Shown: positions 55,008 to 64,000 of the stretch, piece by piece | Position numbering within the stretch: position 1 is the first letter of the stretch | Layout: each line of letters begins with the position of its first letter | NCBI GenBank assembly: GCA_016278725.1 | Contig: JADQBG010000010.1 | Span: 112,229 to 176,228 of the forward strand | DNA from: Actinomycetota bacterium | GTDB taxonomy: Bacteria > Actinomycetota > Thermoleophilia > RBG-16-64-13 | Length of the DNA: 64,000 nt | Reading direction: 5' to 3' | Notes under the pieces: model-generated | The model's input: only the letters and a program-made list of their open reading frames with translations | Told to the model about the DNA's origin: nothing | Databases searched by the model: none | Position numbers and translations under genes: made by a program

Positions 55008-56863
55008 CTTTCGACCGCATACGGCGCTCCTACTGGCGTCTCGACGATCTGCTGCTGGCCCGCTCCATCATCAGCGGCGCCGGCGCGCTGGCCGCCACCG
55101 TGTTCCTGACGGCCGGAGACCGCACGGACGTGCAGTGGTGGGTGGCGACCCCGGTCATCCTGGTCTTCCTCACCAACATCCCCTTCTTCTACTTCGCCGG
55201 CAAGGGCGCGGGGCGCTGGGTCTCCTGGGGACTCGTGCTGGTCGATTCGCTGTTCATCAGCCTGATGGTGGCGGTGACTTCGGGTGTCGGTAGTTCGGTC
55301 GCCGTCTTCTACGTCTGGCCGATCATCATCGCCGGTTTGCTGCTGGGAGCCCGGGCCAGCTACCTGATCGCCGGTCTTTGCGGCTCACTCTACCTGGCTC
55401 TGGCTATGGCCGAGTCGAACGGCTGGCAGCCGCGGGACTTCCTCGCAGCGGAGGGAGTCTCCGCCGGCGCAGGCCTCGAGGCCGTGGCTCTGCGGATAAC
55501 CGCCTTCCTGTTGATCGCTCTGCTAACGGGGATGCTCTCCAATGCCCTGCTTCAGTCGAACGCCGATCTGCTGGAGACCAAGGCTTCCCTGGAGCAGGAA
55601 CTGCGGCGGATACAGCTGACCAACCGTCGGCTGGTCATCATGGACGAGGTGGGGCGCGCGCTCGGCACGATTCAGGATCTGCAGGTGCTGCTGCCCCGGG
55701 CGCTTTCCCGGGTCGCCAGCTTCATGGCCGTCGACGCCGGCATGATCACGGTGTTCGCCAACGAGACCGGCGAACCGCGGATCCTCGCCCGGCAGAACAT
55801 CGACGAGGTGGCCGCGCGGAACCTCTTCGCCTCGGACCTGCCCACCAATCTCGACGAGATCGAGGAGTACGTGGTGGGCGAGGACTCAGAAGGGCGCTAC
55901 GAGAACACCCTGCGCCAGCTGGATCGCGAGGGCTTCTTCGACTTCCTGGCCGCGCCCCTTCGGCTGGGCGACGAGAGCCTGGGCACGCTCTACCTCTTCA
56001 CCCGGCCGCAGCATCGTTTCCGCAAGGCCGACGTTAATCTGCTCAGAAGCCTGACCGTGCAGCTGTCTATCGCCATCAAGAATGTGCTCTTCACCCAGGA
56101 GCTGCGGGATGCCAACGAAGAACTCATGCATCTGGATCAGTTGAAGAGCGACTTTCTGGCCACCATGAGTCATGAACTGCGCACCCCCCTGACCTCCATC
56201 ATCGGCTACAGCGACATGCTGCTCTCCGGCATGACGGGGGACATGACGGACAGGCAGAAGACCTTCCTACGCAACGTCCTGAACAACGGCGAGAACCTGC
56301 TGAACCTTATCAACGACATTCTCGACCTGACCAAGATCGAGGCGGGCAAGCTCGAGCTCAATCTCGAGCCGGTCGACCTGCGGGACTCTCTGGCCGCGGT
56401 GCTGTCGACCATCACACCCAAGGCCAAGGAGAAGCGCATCCGCATCGGCACCTTCCTGCCCACCGACCTGACTCCCCTGAGGGCGGACGCGGCCAAGCTG
56501 GGGCAGATCCTGCTCAACCTGTTGAGCAACGCGGTCAAGTACACCCCGGAGGGCGGTTCGGTCTCGGTCGAGGCCCGCGCAGACAGGGAGGGGATGGTGC
56601 AGATCCGCGTCGTGGACACAGGGATCGGCATCGACAAGACCGATCTCGACTCGATCTTCGAACGCTTCACCCAGGTGGATAGCTCGCCCACCCGCAACCA
56701 GGGAGGCACCGGACTGGGCCTCGCCATCACCCGAGATCTGATCCACCTGCATGGCGGGAGCATCTCGGTCCAATCACAGCTCGGCGAGGGTTCGAGCTTC
56801 GTTTTCACCATCCCCCCGGCCGTACGCCAAGAGAAGCCGGCGGCGGTCGGCGCTACCGCCTAG
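55001..56863 (+). CDS. membrane sensor histidine kinase with GAF domain
   Basis: 6 TM helices, GAF-like region, H-box ATMSHELRTPLTSIIGY, and N/G1/G2 boxes (NLLSNAVKYT...DTGIGI...GGTGLGL). Confidence 0.85.
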   Translation: MASFDRIRRSYWRLDDLLLARSIISGAGALAATVFLTAGDRTDVQWWVATPVILVFLTNIPFFYFAGKGAGRWVSWGLVLVDSLFISLMVAVTSGVGSSVAVFYVWPIIIAGLLLGARASYLIAGLCGSLYLALAMAESNGWQPRDFLAAEGVSAGAGLEAVALRITAFLLIALLTGMLSNALLQSNADLLETKASLEQELRRIQLTNRRLVIMDEVGRALGTIQDLQVLLPRALSRVASFMAVDAGMITVFANETGEPRILARQNIDEVAARNLFASDLPTNLDEIEEYVVGEDSEGRYENTLRQLDREGFFDFLAAPLRLGDESLGTLYLFTRPQHRFRKADVNLLRSLTVQLSIAIKNVLFTQELRDANEELMHLDQLKSDFLATMSHELRTPLTSIIGYSDMLLSGMTGDMTDRQKTFLRNVLNNGENLLNLINDILDLTKIEAGKLELNLEPVDLRDSLAAVLSTITPKAKEKRIRIGTFLPTDLTPLRADAAKLGQILLNLLSNAVKYTPEGGSVSVEARADREGMVQIRVVDTGIGIDKTDLDSIFERFTQVDSSPTRNQGGTGLGLAITRDLIHLHGGSISVQSQLGEGSSFVFTIPPAVRQEKPAAVGATA

Positions 56864-56875
56864 GAGGCGCGAAAG

Positions 56876-57256
56876 ATGGCACGCATCGTAGTGGTCGATG
56901 ACGACCCGGACATTCTCGACATCGTTTGCATATCGCTGGAAGCCATGGGCCACGAGGTCAGACGAGCCGGGAACGGACGGGAGGGGGTCGACCTGGTCCG
57001 GTCGAGCCTGCCCGACCTCGTGCTGATGGACCTGATGATGCCGGACATGAACGGCTACGAGGCGACCGCCGCCCTCAAGGCCGATGCGGCGACGGCGCCG
57101 ATCCCGGTTCTGGCGCTGACGGCCAAGGCCATGCGCGGGGACGAGGAGCGCGCCCGGGAAGCGGGGATGGACGCCTACATCACGAAGCCTTTCCGGCTCT
57201 CGCACATGCTCGACGTCGTGGACCGCTTCCTGGGCCTGACGCACGGGGTGGCCTAG
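56876..57256 (+). CDS. CheY-like single-domain response regulator
   Basis: RIVVVDDDPDIL...LVLMDLMMP...LTAKA...K REC motifs; 126 aa. Confidence 0.8.
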   Translation: MARIVVVDDDPDILDIVCISLEAMGHEVRRAGNGREGVDLVRSSLPDLVLMDLMMPDMNGYEATAALKADAATAPIPVLALTAKAMRGDEERAREAGMDAYITKPFRLSHMLDVVDRFLGLTHGVA

Positions 57257-57376
57257 CCCCAATGCCGCCGCCGCCTCCCGGGGCCGCCTCCCCCGGCGAC
57301 GCCGCGCCGGGAGTTGCCGCGGCCTGGCCCATCGCGGCGCCGGCGCCGGCTACCGCGGCCAGCGCGGCTGGCCCGG

Positions 57377-58069
57377 CTAGCGTCTTTGGCTCAGCAGCAC
57401 CAATCGCACCAGTTGGAGAATGGCCATCAGAGCGGCCGCCACGTAGGTGAGCGCCGCGGCGCGAAGCACCGCCCGGGCGCCGTCCAGTTCGACCGATGAC
57501 AGGATGCCCTGGTTGGAGAGCATGGTCATGGCCCGGCTCGACGCGTTGAACTCCACCGGCAGGGTCACCAGGGTGAAGAGCACGGCTCCGGAGAAGAACA
57601 CGATCCCCAGATTCATCAGAAAGGGTCCGGCGTCGCCCAGGAAGAAACCGACCATGAAGAGGATGATGCCCAGGCTGCTGCCCAGGTTGGCCACCGGCAC
57701 CAGACTTCCCCGGACCTTCATGGGAACGTACTCCCGGGAGTCCTGCACGGCGTGCCCCACCTCGTGCGCGGCCACGCCCAGAGCGGCCAGCGAGGAACTG
57801 CCGCCGACGTTCTTGCTGAGGCGCAGCGTCTTACTCCGCGGATCGTAATGGTCGCTCAGCCCGGAGCCGCCCGCAACCTCGATGCTGACGTTGCTGAGTC
57901 CGGCGCCGTCCAGCAGGCGGCGCGCAGCCTGCGCTCCGTCCCGCCCGTAGGCCGAGGGAATCTTGGAATACTTGTTGAACGTGGAGCTGACCTTCCACTG
58001 GGCATACAGCGAAAGCAGGAGGGCTGGGACCAGCAGGATCATCGTCCAGTCCCAGAAGAAGAAGGGCAT
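57377..58069 (-). CDS. membrane zinc metallopeptidase (YugP / peptidase_M-membrane family)
   Basis: AAHEVGHAVQ HExxH motif with flanking TM helices. Confidence 0.65.
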   Translation of the reverse strand: MPFFFWDWTMILLVPALLLSLYAQWKVSSTFNKYSKIPSAYGRDGAQAARRLLDGAGLSNVSIEVAGGSGLSDHYDPRSKTLRLSKNVGGSSSLAALGVAAHEVGHAVQDSREYVPMKVRGSLVPVANLGSSLGIILFMVGFFLGDAGPFLMNLGIVFFSGAVLFTLVTLPVEFNASSRAMTMLSNQGILSSVELDGARAVLRAAALTYVAAALMAILQLVRLVLLSQRR

Positions 58070-58223
58070 CCTGTTTGTCTCCTCTCAGGTAAATGCTCTT
58101 TGGATTAGGAATGAATCTGCCGAAAGAATATAGCAGTACAAGGGTGAGCATGGCGGCCCGCAATCGGGCCGCTTTAATTATACCCCCTGCCGCTATGGCC
58201 ATGGGGAAGGAACAGCGGAGTAA

Positions 58224-59921
58224 TTGGATGGTCCCATGTCGGTAACCCGGATCAACGGCGCCGCCAAGCGGCTGGGGGACATCCTCGTCGAGCGGGAGTT
58301 GCTCAGCGAGGACGACCTGCTTCGGGCGCTCGAGTATCAGCGCCAGAACGGCTACAAACTGGGCGAGGCTCTTCTGAAGATCGGGGCCCTCACGCATGAG
58401 CAGCTGGCCGAGGGCTTGGCCGCTCAGAAGCGGCTTTCGGTCATCCCCTTGAACGAGGTCTACCCCAACCCGCGGGCCGTCTCGCTGCTCAGCGAGAAGT
58501 TCATCCGCAACCGGCAGGTCCTGCCGGTGGACTTCGAACAAGACTCGCTGATCCTGGCCATGGTGAACCCCTTGGACGTGGTGACCATCGACGACGTCCG
58601 AGTGATCGCCGGTTACCCGGTTCTGCCGGTGGTGGCGACACTGCCCTCTTTCGAAGAGGCGGTGGACTACTTCTTCAGCGGCAAGGGCGTGCTGGACACG
58701 GCGGAGGACGGCGACCTCGAGTCCGGGCCCGGGCAGGCGGCCGAACAACGCCGGGAGGCGGAGGACGGCTCGGTCGTGACCTTGGTCAACGATATCCTCG
58801 ACGGCGCCATCAAGCGGCGGGCCTCGGACATTCATTTCGAGCCTCAGGAGGATCACCTGGCGGTGCGGGTGCGCATCGACGGGGTGCTGCATAACCTCAC
58901 GGAAGTCCCCTCGGCGCTCGCCGGAGGGCTGGTCTCGCGCATCAAGATCATGGGGGACCTGGACATCGCCGAGCGCCGTCTGCCCCAAGACGGACGGGCC
59001 GGCTACCGCAACTCGGATCAGACGGTCGATCTGCGCATCGCCACCCTCCCCACGGTCTTCGGCGAGAACGTGACCCTGAGGATCCTGGACGAATCGATGT
59101 TCGAGATCAACCTGACGTCCCTGGGGATGGAAGAAGAAGAGCTCGAGGTGCTCCGCCGCGCCCTCGGCCGGCCATACGGTCAGATCTTGATCACCGGGCC
59201 GACCGGGTCCGGCAAATCCACGACGCTTTACTCCGCACTCGAGGAACTCAACCGCCCCGAGGTGAAGATCTACACGGTGGAAGACCCGGTGGAGCGAAAG
59301 ATCCCCGGCGTTCTGCAGAGTCAGGTGAGGCACAAGATCGGACTGACCTTCGCCCGGGTACTGCGCTCGCTGGTGCGGAGCGATCCGGACATCATCATGC
59401 TCGGCGAGATCCGGGATTTGGAGACCGCGATGATCGCCACCGAAGCCTCCCTCACCGGGCACCTTCTGCTTTCGACGTTGCACACCAACGACGCCCCCTC
59501 GGCCATCACCCGGCTGGTGGAAATGGGCGTACCCCCCTATCTGATCGCCTCGTCTCTGGAGTGTGTGGTGGCCCAGCGGCTGGCCCGCAGACTCTGTCCG
59601 CGCTGCTCGAAAGAAGTGCGCCTGAGCACAAAAGACATGTCCCCCGGCGAGCGTGATTTCCTCGGGGATGGAGAGTTCCTCATACGCGAGCCGGTGGGTT
59701 GTCCCCGGTGCTTCGGGACCGGTTACAGCGGGAGGCTGGGGCTTTTCGAGGTGCTGCCGGTCACGCCGGAGGTCCGCAAGCAGATCCTCAAAGGCGCGGG
59801 GGACGAACAGATCCGGCGGCAGGCTCGCAAAGCGGGAATGATCCCCCTGCGCGAAGCCGGCCTGCGGCGGGTGCTCGCAGGCGGAACCAGCGTCGCCGAA
59901 GTCCTGCGGGTCACCGCCTAG
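58224..59921 (+). CDS. GspE/PilB-family secretion ATPase (T2SS-E N-domain + ATPase)
   Basis: N-terminal LGDILVERELLSEDDLLRALEYQRQNGYKLGEALL domain, Walker A ILITGPTGSGKSTTLY, and a CPRC...CPRC tetracysteine Zn motif. Confidence 0.8.
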   Translation: MDGPMSVTRINGAAKRLGDILVERELLSEDDLLRALEYQRQNGYKLGEALLKIGALTHEQLAEGLAAQKRLSVIPLNEVYPNPRAVSLLSEKFIRNRQVLPVDFEQDSLILAMVNPLDVVTIDDVRVIAGYPVLPVVATLPSFEEAVDYFFSGKGVLDTAEDGDLESGPGQAAEQRREAEDGSVVTLVNDILDGAIKRRASDIHFEPQEDHLAVRVRIDGVLHNLTEVPSALAGGLVSRIKIMGDLDIAERRLPQDGRAGYRNSDQTVDLRIATLPTVFGENVTLRILDESMFEINLTSLGMEEEELEVLRRALGRPYGQILITGPTGSGKSTTLYSALEELNRPEVKIYTVEDPVERKIPGVLQSQVRHKIGLTFARVLRSLVRSDPDIIMLGEIRDLETAMIATEASLTGHLLLSTLHTNDAPSAITRLVEMGVPPYLIASSLECVVAQRLARRLCPRCSKEVRLSTKDMSPGERDFLGDGEFLIREPVGCPRCFGTGYSGRLGLFEVLPVTPEVRKQILKGAGDEQIRRQARKAGMIPLREAGLRRVLAGGTSVAEVLRVTA

Positions 59922-60023
59922 GCCCGACTTCTCCGGCTCGCGAGGGCCTCGCTGCGTTTCGACCATGGGCCGCGCCGGGTATGCCGCCGTTCGTAGCCTG
60001 GTTCACAAGCCATGGGAGGATCT

Positions 60024-60446
60024 ATGTCTCGCAAGCTACCTCACCTGCTACTTGTGCTCCTGCTCGCCCTCAGCGTCGCGGTCCTGGTCGGTTGCGGGGA
60101 CGACGAACCCCAGACTGTCACCGACACCACCGAAGGTGCAGTCATGGACACCGAGACCACAGAGGCCATGGGTACCGAAACCACTGAGGGCATGGGTAGC
60201 GAAACGACCGAGAGTATGGGCGCAGTGTCGGGAGAAGAGGTCTTCACGCAGAACTGCGTCACCTGCCACGGCGCCGACGGCACCGGCGGCGTGGGCGCCG
60301 ACCTGACCGCGCTCAGCCTCGACCAGGCCACGGTAGAAGAGACCGTCCGCACCGGACCCGGCGCCATGCCTTCATTTGAAGGCCAGCTCTCGGACGAGCA
60401 GATCCAGGCGGTTGCCGACTACGTGACCAGCACGTTCATGCAGTAG
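60024..60446 (+). CDS. class I mono-haem cytochrome c lipoprotein
   Basis: Lipobox LVGC; Thr/Glu-rich linker with 3x TETTExMG repeats; then CVTCH...M haem-binding domain. Confidence 0.75.
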   Translation: MSRKLPHLLLVLLLALSVAVLVGCGDDEPQTVTDTTEGAVMDTETTEAMGTETTEGMGSETTESMGAVSGEEVFTQNCVTCHGADGTGGVGADLTALSLDQATVEETVRTGPGAMPSFEGQLSDEQIQAVADYVTSTFMQ

Positions 60447-60553
60447 CGGCCGCGGACCACTTCCGGCCCGGCCGGTTCTCGGAAGCCCCGCGGCCCCGGA
60501 TGGTCGAGGTGATCTGACCGCGTGAGCGCCTGCCGCGCCTGGTGGAGACGAAG

Positions 60554-60584
60554 AAAGGGGGGAGCCGGGCTCCCCCCTTTTGGT
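60554..60584. terminator. bidirectional rho-independent terminator between the convergent cytochrome c and gyrA genes
   Basis: AAAGGGGGGAGCC-GGGCTCCCCCCTTTT: perfect GC hairpin flanked by A-run and T-run. Confidence 0.8.
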
Positions 60585-60610
60585 TCAGCTATCCAGCCCT
60601 TCCCTACAGG

Positions 60611-63076
60611 CTAGTCGACTTCCAGTTCTTCCTGGGCCGGCCCCGCGGGGCCAACCACGACTCGGGCCAGACCGACCAGATGGTCGCCCTTGCGCAGGTT
60701 CATCACCCGCACGCCCATGGTGTTACGCCCCGTGCTGCGGACACCTCCGGCGGGAATGCGGATCACGGTGCCGTCGTGGCTGACCAGTAGCAGCTCATGG
60801 TTGTCGCGGATCGCCGAGATGGCCACCAGGTCTCCCCGGTCCTCGGAGTCCCTGATCGTGATCACGCCCATTCCTCCGCGATGCCGCAGGGGATAAGCCG
60901 AGATCGGCGTGCGCTTGCCGTAGCCGCCGCTGGTGACACAGAACAGATCCATGTCATCCTCGGCCGTCGTCATGCCCACGATTTCGTGTCCCTTGGGCAG
61001 GGACATCCCTCTGACGCCCATGGTGTTGCGCCCGGTGGGCCGCACGTCGCACTCGTCGAAGCGGATGGCCTTGCCCTGAGAGGACACCAGGATCAGGTGG
61101 TCGTCCCCGTTGGTCGGCCGCACGGCCACGAGCTCGTCGTCTTCCTGCAGGCTGATCGCGATGATGCCGTCCGCCTTGAGGATGGTGTCGTACTCCTTGA
61201 ACCTGGTCTTCTTCACCAGCCCATTCTTGGTGGCGAAGCAGAGGTACTTGGCATCGGTGAAGTCCTTGGTGGCGATCACCGCCTTGATCTGCTCGTCCTG
61301 CGCCAGCGGCAGCAGGTTGACCACGGCGCGGCCCTTGCTCTGCCGGCTGCCCAGGGGCAGCTCGTGCACCTTCAGGCGGTACACCTTGCCCCTGGAGGTC
61401 AGGAAGAGCAGGAAGTGGTGCGTGGTCGTGATGAAGAGATGCTCGATGTAGTCGCCGTCTTTGAGGTCCATGCCCATGACCCCGACCCCGCCCCGGTGCT
61501 GGGTGCGGTACGTGGATACGGGCAGGCGCTTGACGTAGCCCGACTTGGTGATGGAGATAACCATCTCCTCGACCGCGATCATGTCCTCGATGTCGATCTC
61601 GTCCTCGCCGGGCGAGATCTCGGTGCGGCGGGGATCGTTGTACATGGCCTTGATCTCGAGAAGCTCTTCCTTGATCACGCCGTAGATCATGCTGTCGGTG
61701 GCCAGGAGCGACTCCAAGTACTCGATCCGCTCGAGCAGGTCGCGATGCTCTTCCTCGATCTTGTGGCGCTCCAGCGCGGTCAGATTGCGCAGGCGCAGGT
61801 CGACGATCGCCTGGGCCTGCTCTTCGGAAAGCCCGAAGCGCTCCATGAGGTTGGTGCGGGCCGCCTCGGTATCCTCGCTCGAACGGATCACCCGGATGAC
61901 TTCGTCCAGGTTCTCGATGGCGATCAGCAGGCCTTCCAGCACGTGGGCCCGCTTGCGCGCCTTGTCCAGCTCGTACTTGGTCCGCCGGGCAATGACGTCG
62001 TACTGGTGAGCGATGTAGTGGCTGAGCATGTCCTTGAGCGAGAGCACCCGGGGCACGCCGTTGACCAGGGCGATCATGATCACGCCGAAGGTGCTCTGCA
62101 TCGCGGTGTGCTTGTAGAGCTTGTTGAGCGCCACCTTGGGGATGGCTTCGCGCTTGAGCTCGATGACGATGCGCATGCCCGAGCGGTCGGACTCGTCGCG
62201 CAGATCGGAGATTTCGGTAATCCGCTTGTCGCGGACGAGTTCGGCGATCTTCTCGATCATCTGGGCCTTGTTCACCTGATAAGGGATCTCGGAGACGATG
62301 ATCGCGGTCTTGCCCTGCTTGAGCTGCTCGGTGTGCACCTTTGCGCGCACCATTATCTTGCCCCGGCCGGTCTGGTAGGCCTCTTTCATCCCGGCCCAGC
62401 CCATGATGATGCCCCCGGTGGGGAAATCCGGACCCTTGATGTGCTCCGTCAGATCGAGCGAGCCCAGCTCGGGGTTATCGATAAGGGCGACGGTGGCGTC
62501 GATGGCCTCGCCCAGGTTGTGCGGGGGGATGTTGGTCGCCATGCCCACGGCGATGCCCGACGCGCCGTTTACCAGCAGGTTGGGGTAGCGTGCCGGGAGC
62601 ACCACGGGCTCTTCCCGGCTCTCGTCGTAGTTCGGGGTCCAGTCGACCGTGTCGGCGTCGATGTCCCGGAGCATCTCCGTGGCCAGCTTGGCCAGACGGC
62701 ACTCGGTGTAGCGCATGGCCGCGGCGGCGTCGCCGTCTACGGAGCCAAAGTTGCCGTGCCCGTCGACCAAGGGGTAGCGGATGGAGAAGCTCTGCGCCAT
62801 CCGCACCAGGGTGTCGTAGATGGCCGAGTCACCGTGGGGGTGAAAGCTACCCATGACGTCACCGACGATGCGGGCGCACTTGCGGTAGGGCCGGTTGGGC
62901 TGCATGCCCGAGTCGTGCATGCCGTAGAGGACGCGCCGGTGCACCGGCTTGAGGCCGTCCCTGGCGTCGGGGAGTGCCCTGCCCACGATCACGCTCATGG
63001 CGTAATCCAGGTAGGAGTTCTGCATCTCCTCCGCGATCTCTATCTGTTCGATACGACCTTCGAGAGTTTCGAGCAC
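60611..63076 (-). CDS. gyrA: DNA gyrase subunit A
   Basis: 821 aa; [24 protein letters not shown] and active-site Tyr region; C-terminal beta-pinwheel repeats. Confidence 0.95.
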   Translation of the reverse strand: MLETLEGRIEQIEIAEEMQNSYLDYAMSVIVGRALPDARDGLKPVHRRVLYGMHDSGMQPNRPYRKCARIVGDVMGSFHPHGDSAIYDTLVRMAQSFSIRYPLVDGHGNFGSVDGDAAAAMRYTECRLAKLATEMLRDIDADTVDWTPNYDESREEPVVLPARYPNLLVNGASGIAVGMATNIPPHNLGEAIDATVALIDNPELGSLDLTEHIKGPDFPTGGIIMGWAGMKEAYQTGRGKIMVRAKVHTEQLKQGKTAIIVSEIPYQVNKAQMIEKIAELVRDKRITEISDLRDESDRSGMRIVIELKREAIPKVALNKLYKHTAMQSTFGVIMIALVNGVPRVLSLKDMLSHYIAHQYDVIARRTKYELDKARKRAHVLEGLLIAIENLDEVIRVIRSSEDTEAARTNLMERFGLSEEQAQAIVDLRLRNLTALERHKIEEEHRDLLERIEYLESLLATDSMIYGVIKEELLEIKAMYNDPRRTEISPGEDEIDIEDMIAVEEMVISITKSGYVKRLPVSTYRTQHRGGVGVMGMDLKDGDYIEHLFITTTHHFLLFLTSRGKVYRLKVHELPLGSRQSKGRAVVNLLPLAQDEQIKAVIATKDFTDAKYLCFATKNGLVKKTRFKEYDTILKADGIIAISLQEDDELVAVRPTNGDDHLILVSSQGKAIRFDECDVRPTGRNTMGVRGMSLPKGHEIVGMTTAEDDMDLFCVTSGGYGKRTPISAYPLRHRGGMGVITIRDSEDRGDLVAISAIRDNHELLLVSHDGTVIRIPAGGVRSTGRNTMGVRVMNLRKGDHLVGLARVVVGPAGPAQEELEVD

Positions 63077-63153
63077 TCTAATGCCTTCCTTGCCTGCTAC
63101 CGATGCCGGCCGCCGACCCCGCGGCGGCCGTGGTTATTTGGACCTGCAGTTTT

Positions 63154-64000
<847 letters not shown>

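Noticed and set aside
57831-59966. 711-aa minus-strand ORF
   Set aside because: Antisense to the GspE/PilB ATPase gene, which has a Walker A and full-length family architecture.

Overview
This is a 64 kb window from a high-GC (~68-70%) bacterial chromosome. gyrA and the 3' part of gyrB sit at the right edge on the minus strand, so the replication origin probably lies just beyond 64000. Coding density is high and the genes form recognisable blocks. Positions 1-600 carry cobU preceded by a clear cobalamin riboswitch. Positions 650-8100 hold housekeeping and hypothetical genes: an amidohydrolase, an AEC transporter, DUF554, DUF1015 and a YmdB-like phosphoesterase. Positions 8100-26700 form a ~18 kb cell-envelope island. 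It has four SLH-domain wall proteins, each with a different enzymatic head (CAP, SpoIID, Amidase_3, M23). With them are an NlpC/P60 peptidase, MurJ, the SLH-ligand pyruvyltransferase CsaB, a GT4::TagA fusion glycosyltransferase, two more GT4 enzymes, a Wzy/O-antigen-ligase-like polymerase, DUF4330 and WecB/MnaA. Together these encode a complete pyruvylated secondary-cell-wall-polymer (SCWP) and SLH anchoring system. Positions 26873-29864 encode two adjacent membrane-anchored multihaem c-type cytochromes, an 8-haem lipoprotein followed by a ~27-haem, ~680 aa protein. I judge this the most unusual element in the window. Positions 29861-37250 contain larB with an amidohydrolase-2 gene that lacks a canonical start codon, ddl, a degenerate-GGDEF membrane protein divergent from a tldD/pmbA pair, and azlCD. 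Positions 38319-40640 encode a NarL-type two-component system plus a stand-alone receiver. Positions 40770-51023 hold a complete secretin-less Tad/Flp pilus locus (flp, tadE, tadG-like, cpaB, cpaE, cpaF, a vWA::tadB fusion, tadC and two prepilin peptidases). Positions 51494-51739 carry tRNA-Ile(GAT) and tRNA-Ala(TGC) without flanking rRNA. After them come a bifunctional-nuclease-family protein, chorismate mutase, trxA, a CooT-like small protein, a degenerate CbiA-like protein, a GAF histidine kinase with a receiver, a Zn-peptidase, an orphan GspE/PilB ATPase, a mono-haem cytochrome c lipoprotein and gyrA/gyrB. I found no CRISPR arrays, transposases, integrases or phage genes. All functional calls rest on motif and domain recognition by eye and memory; I ran no database searches.
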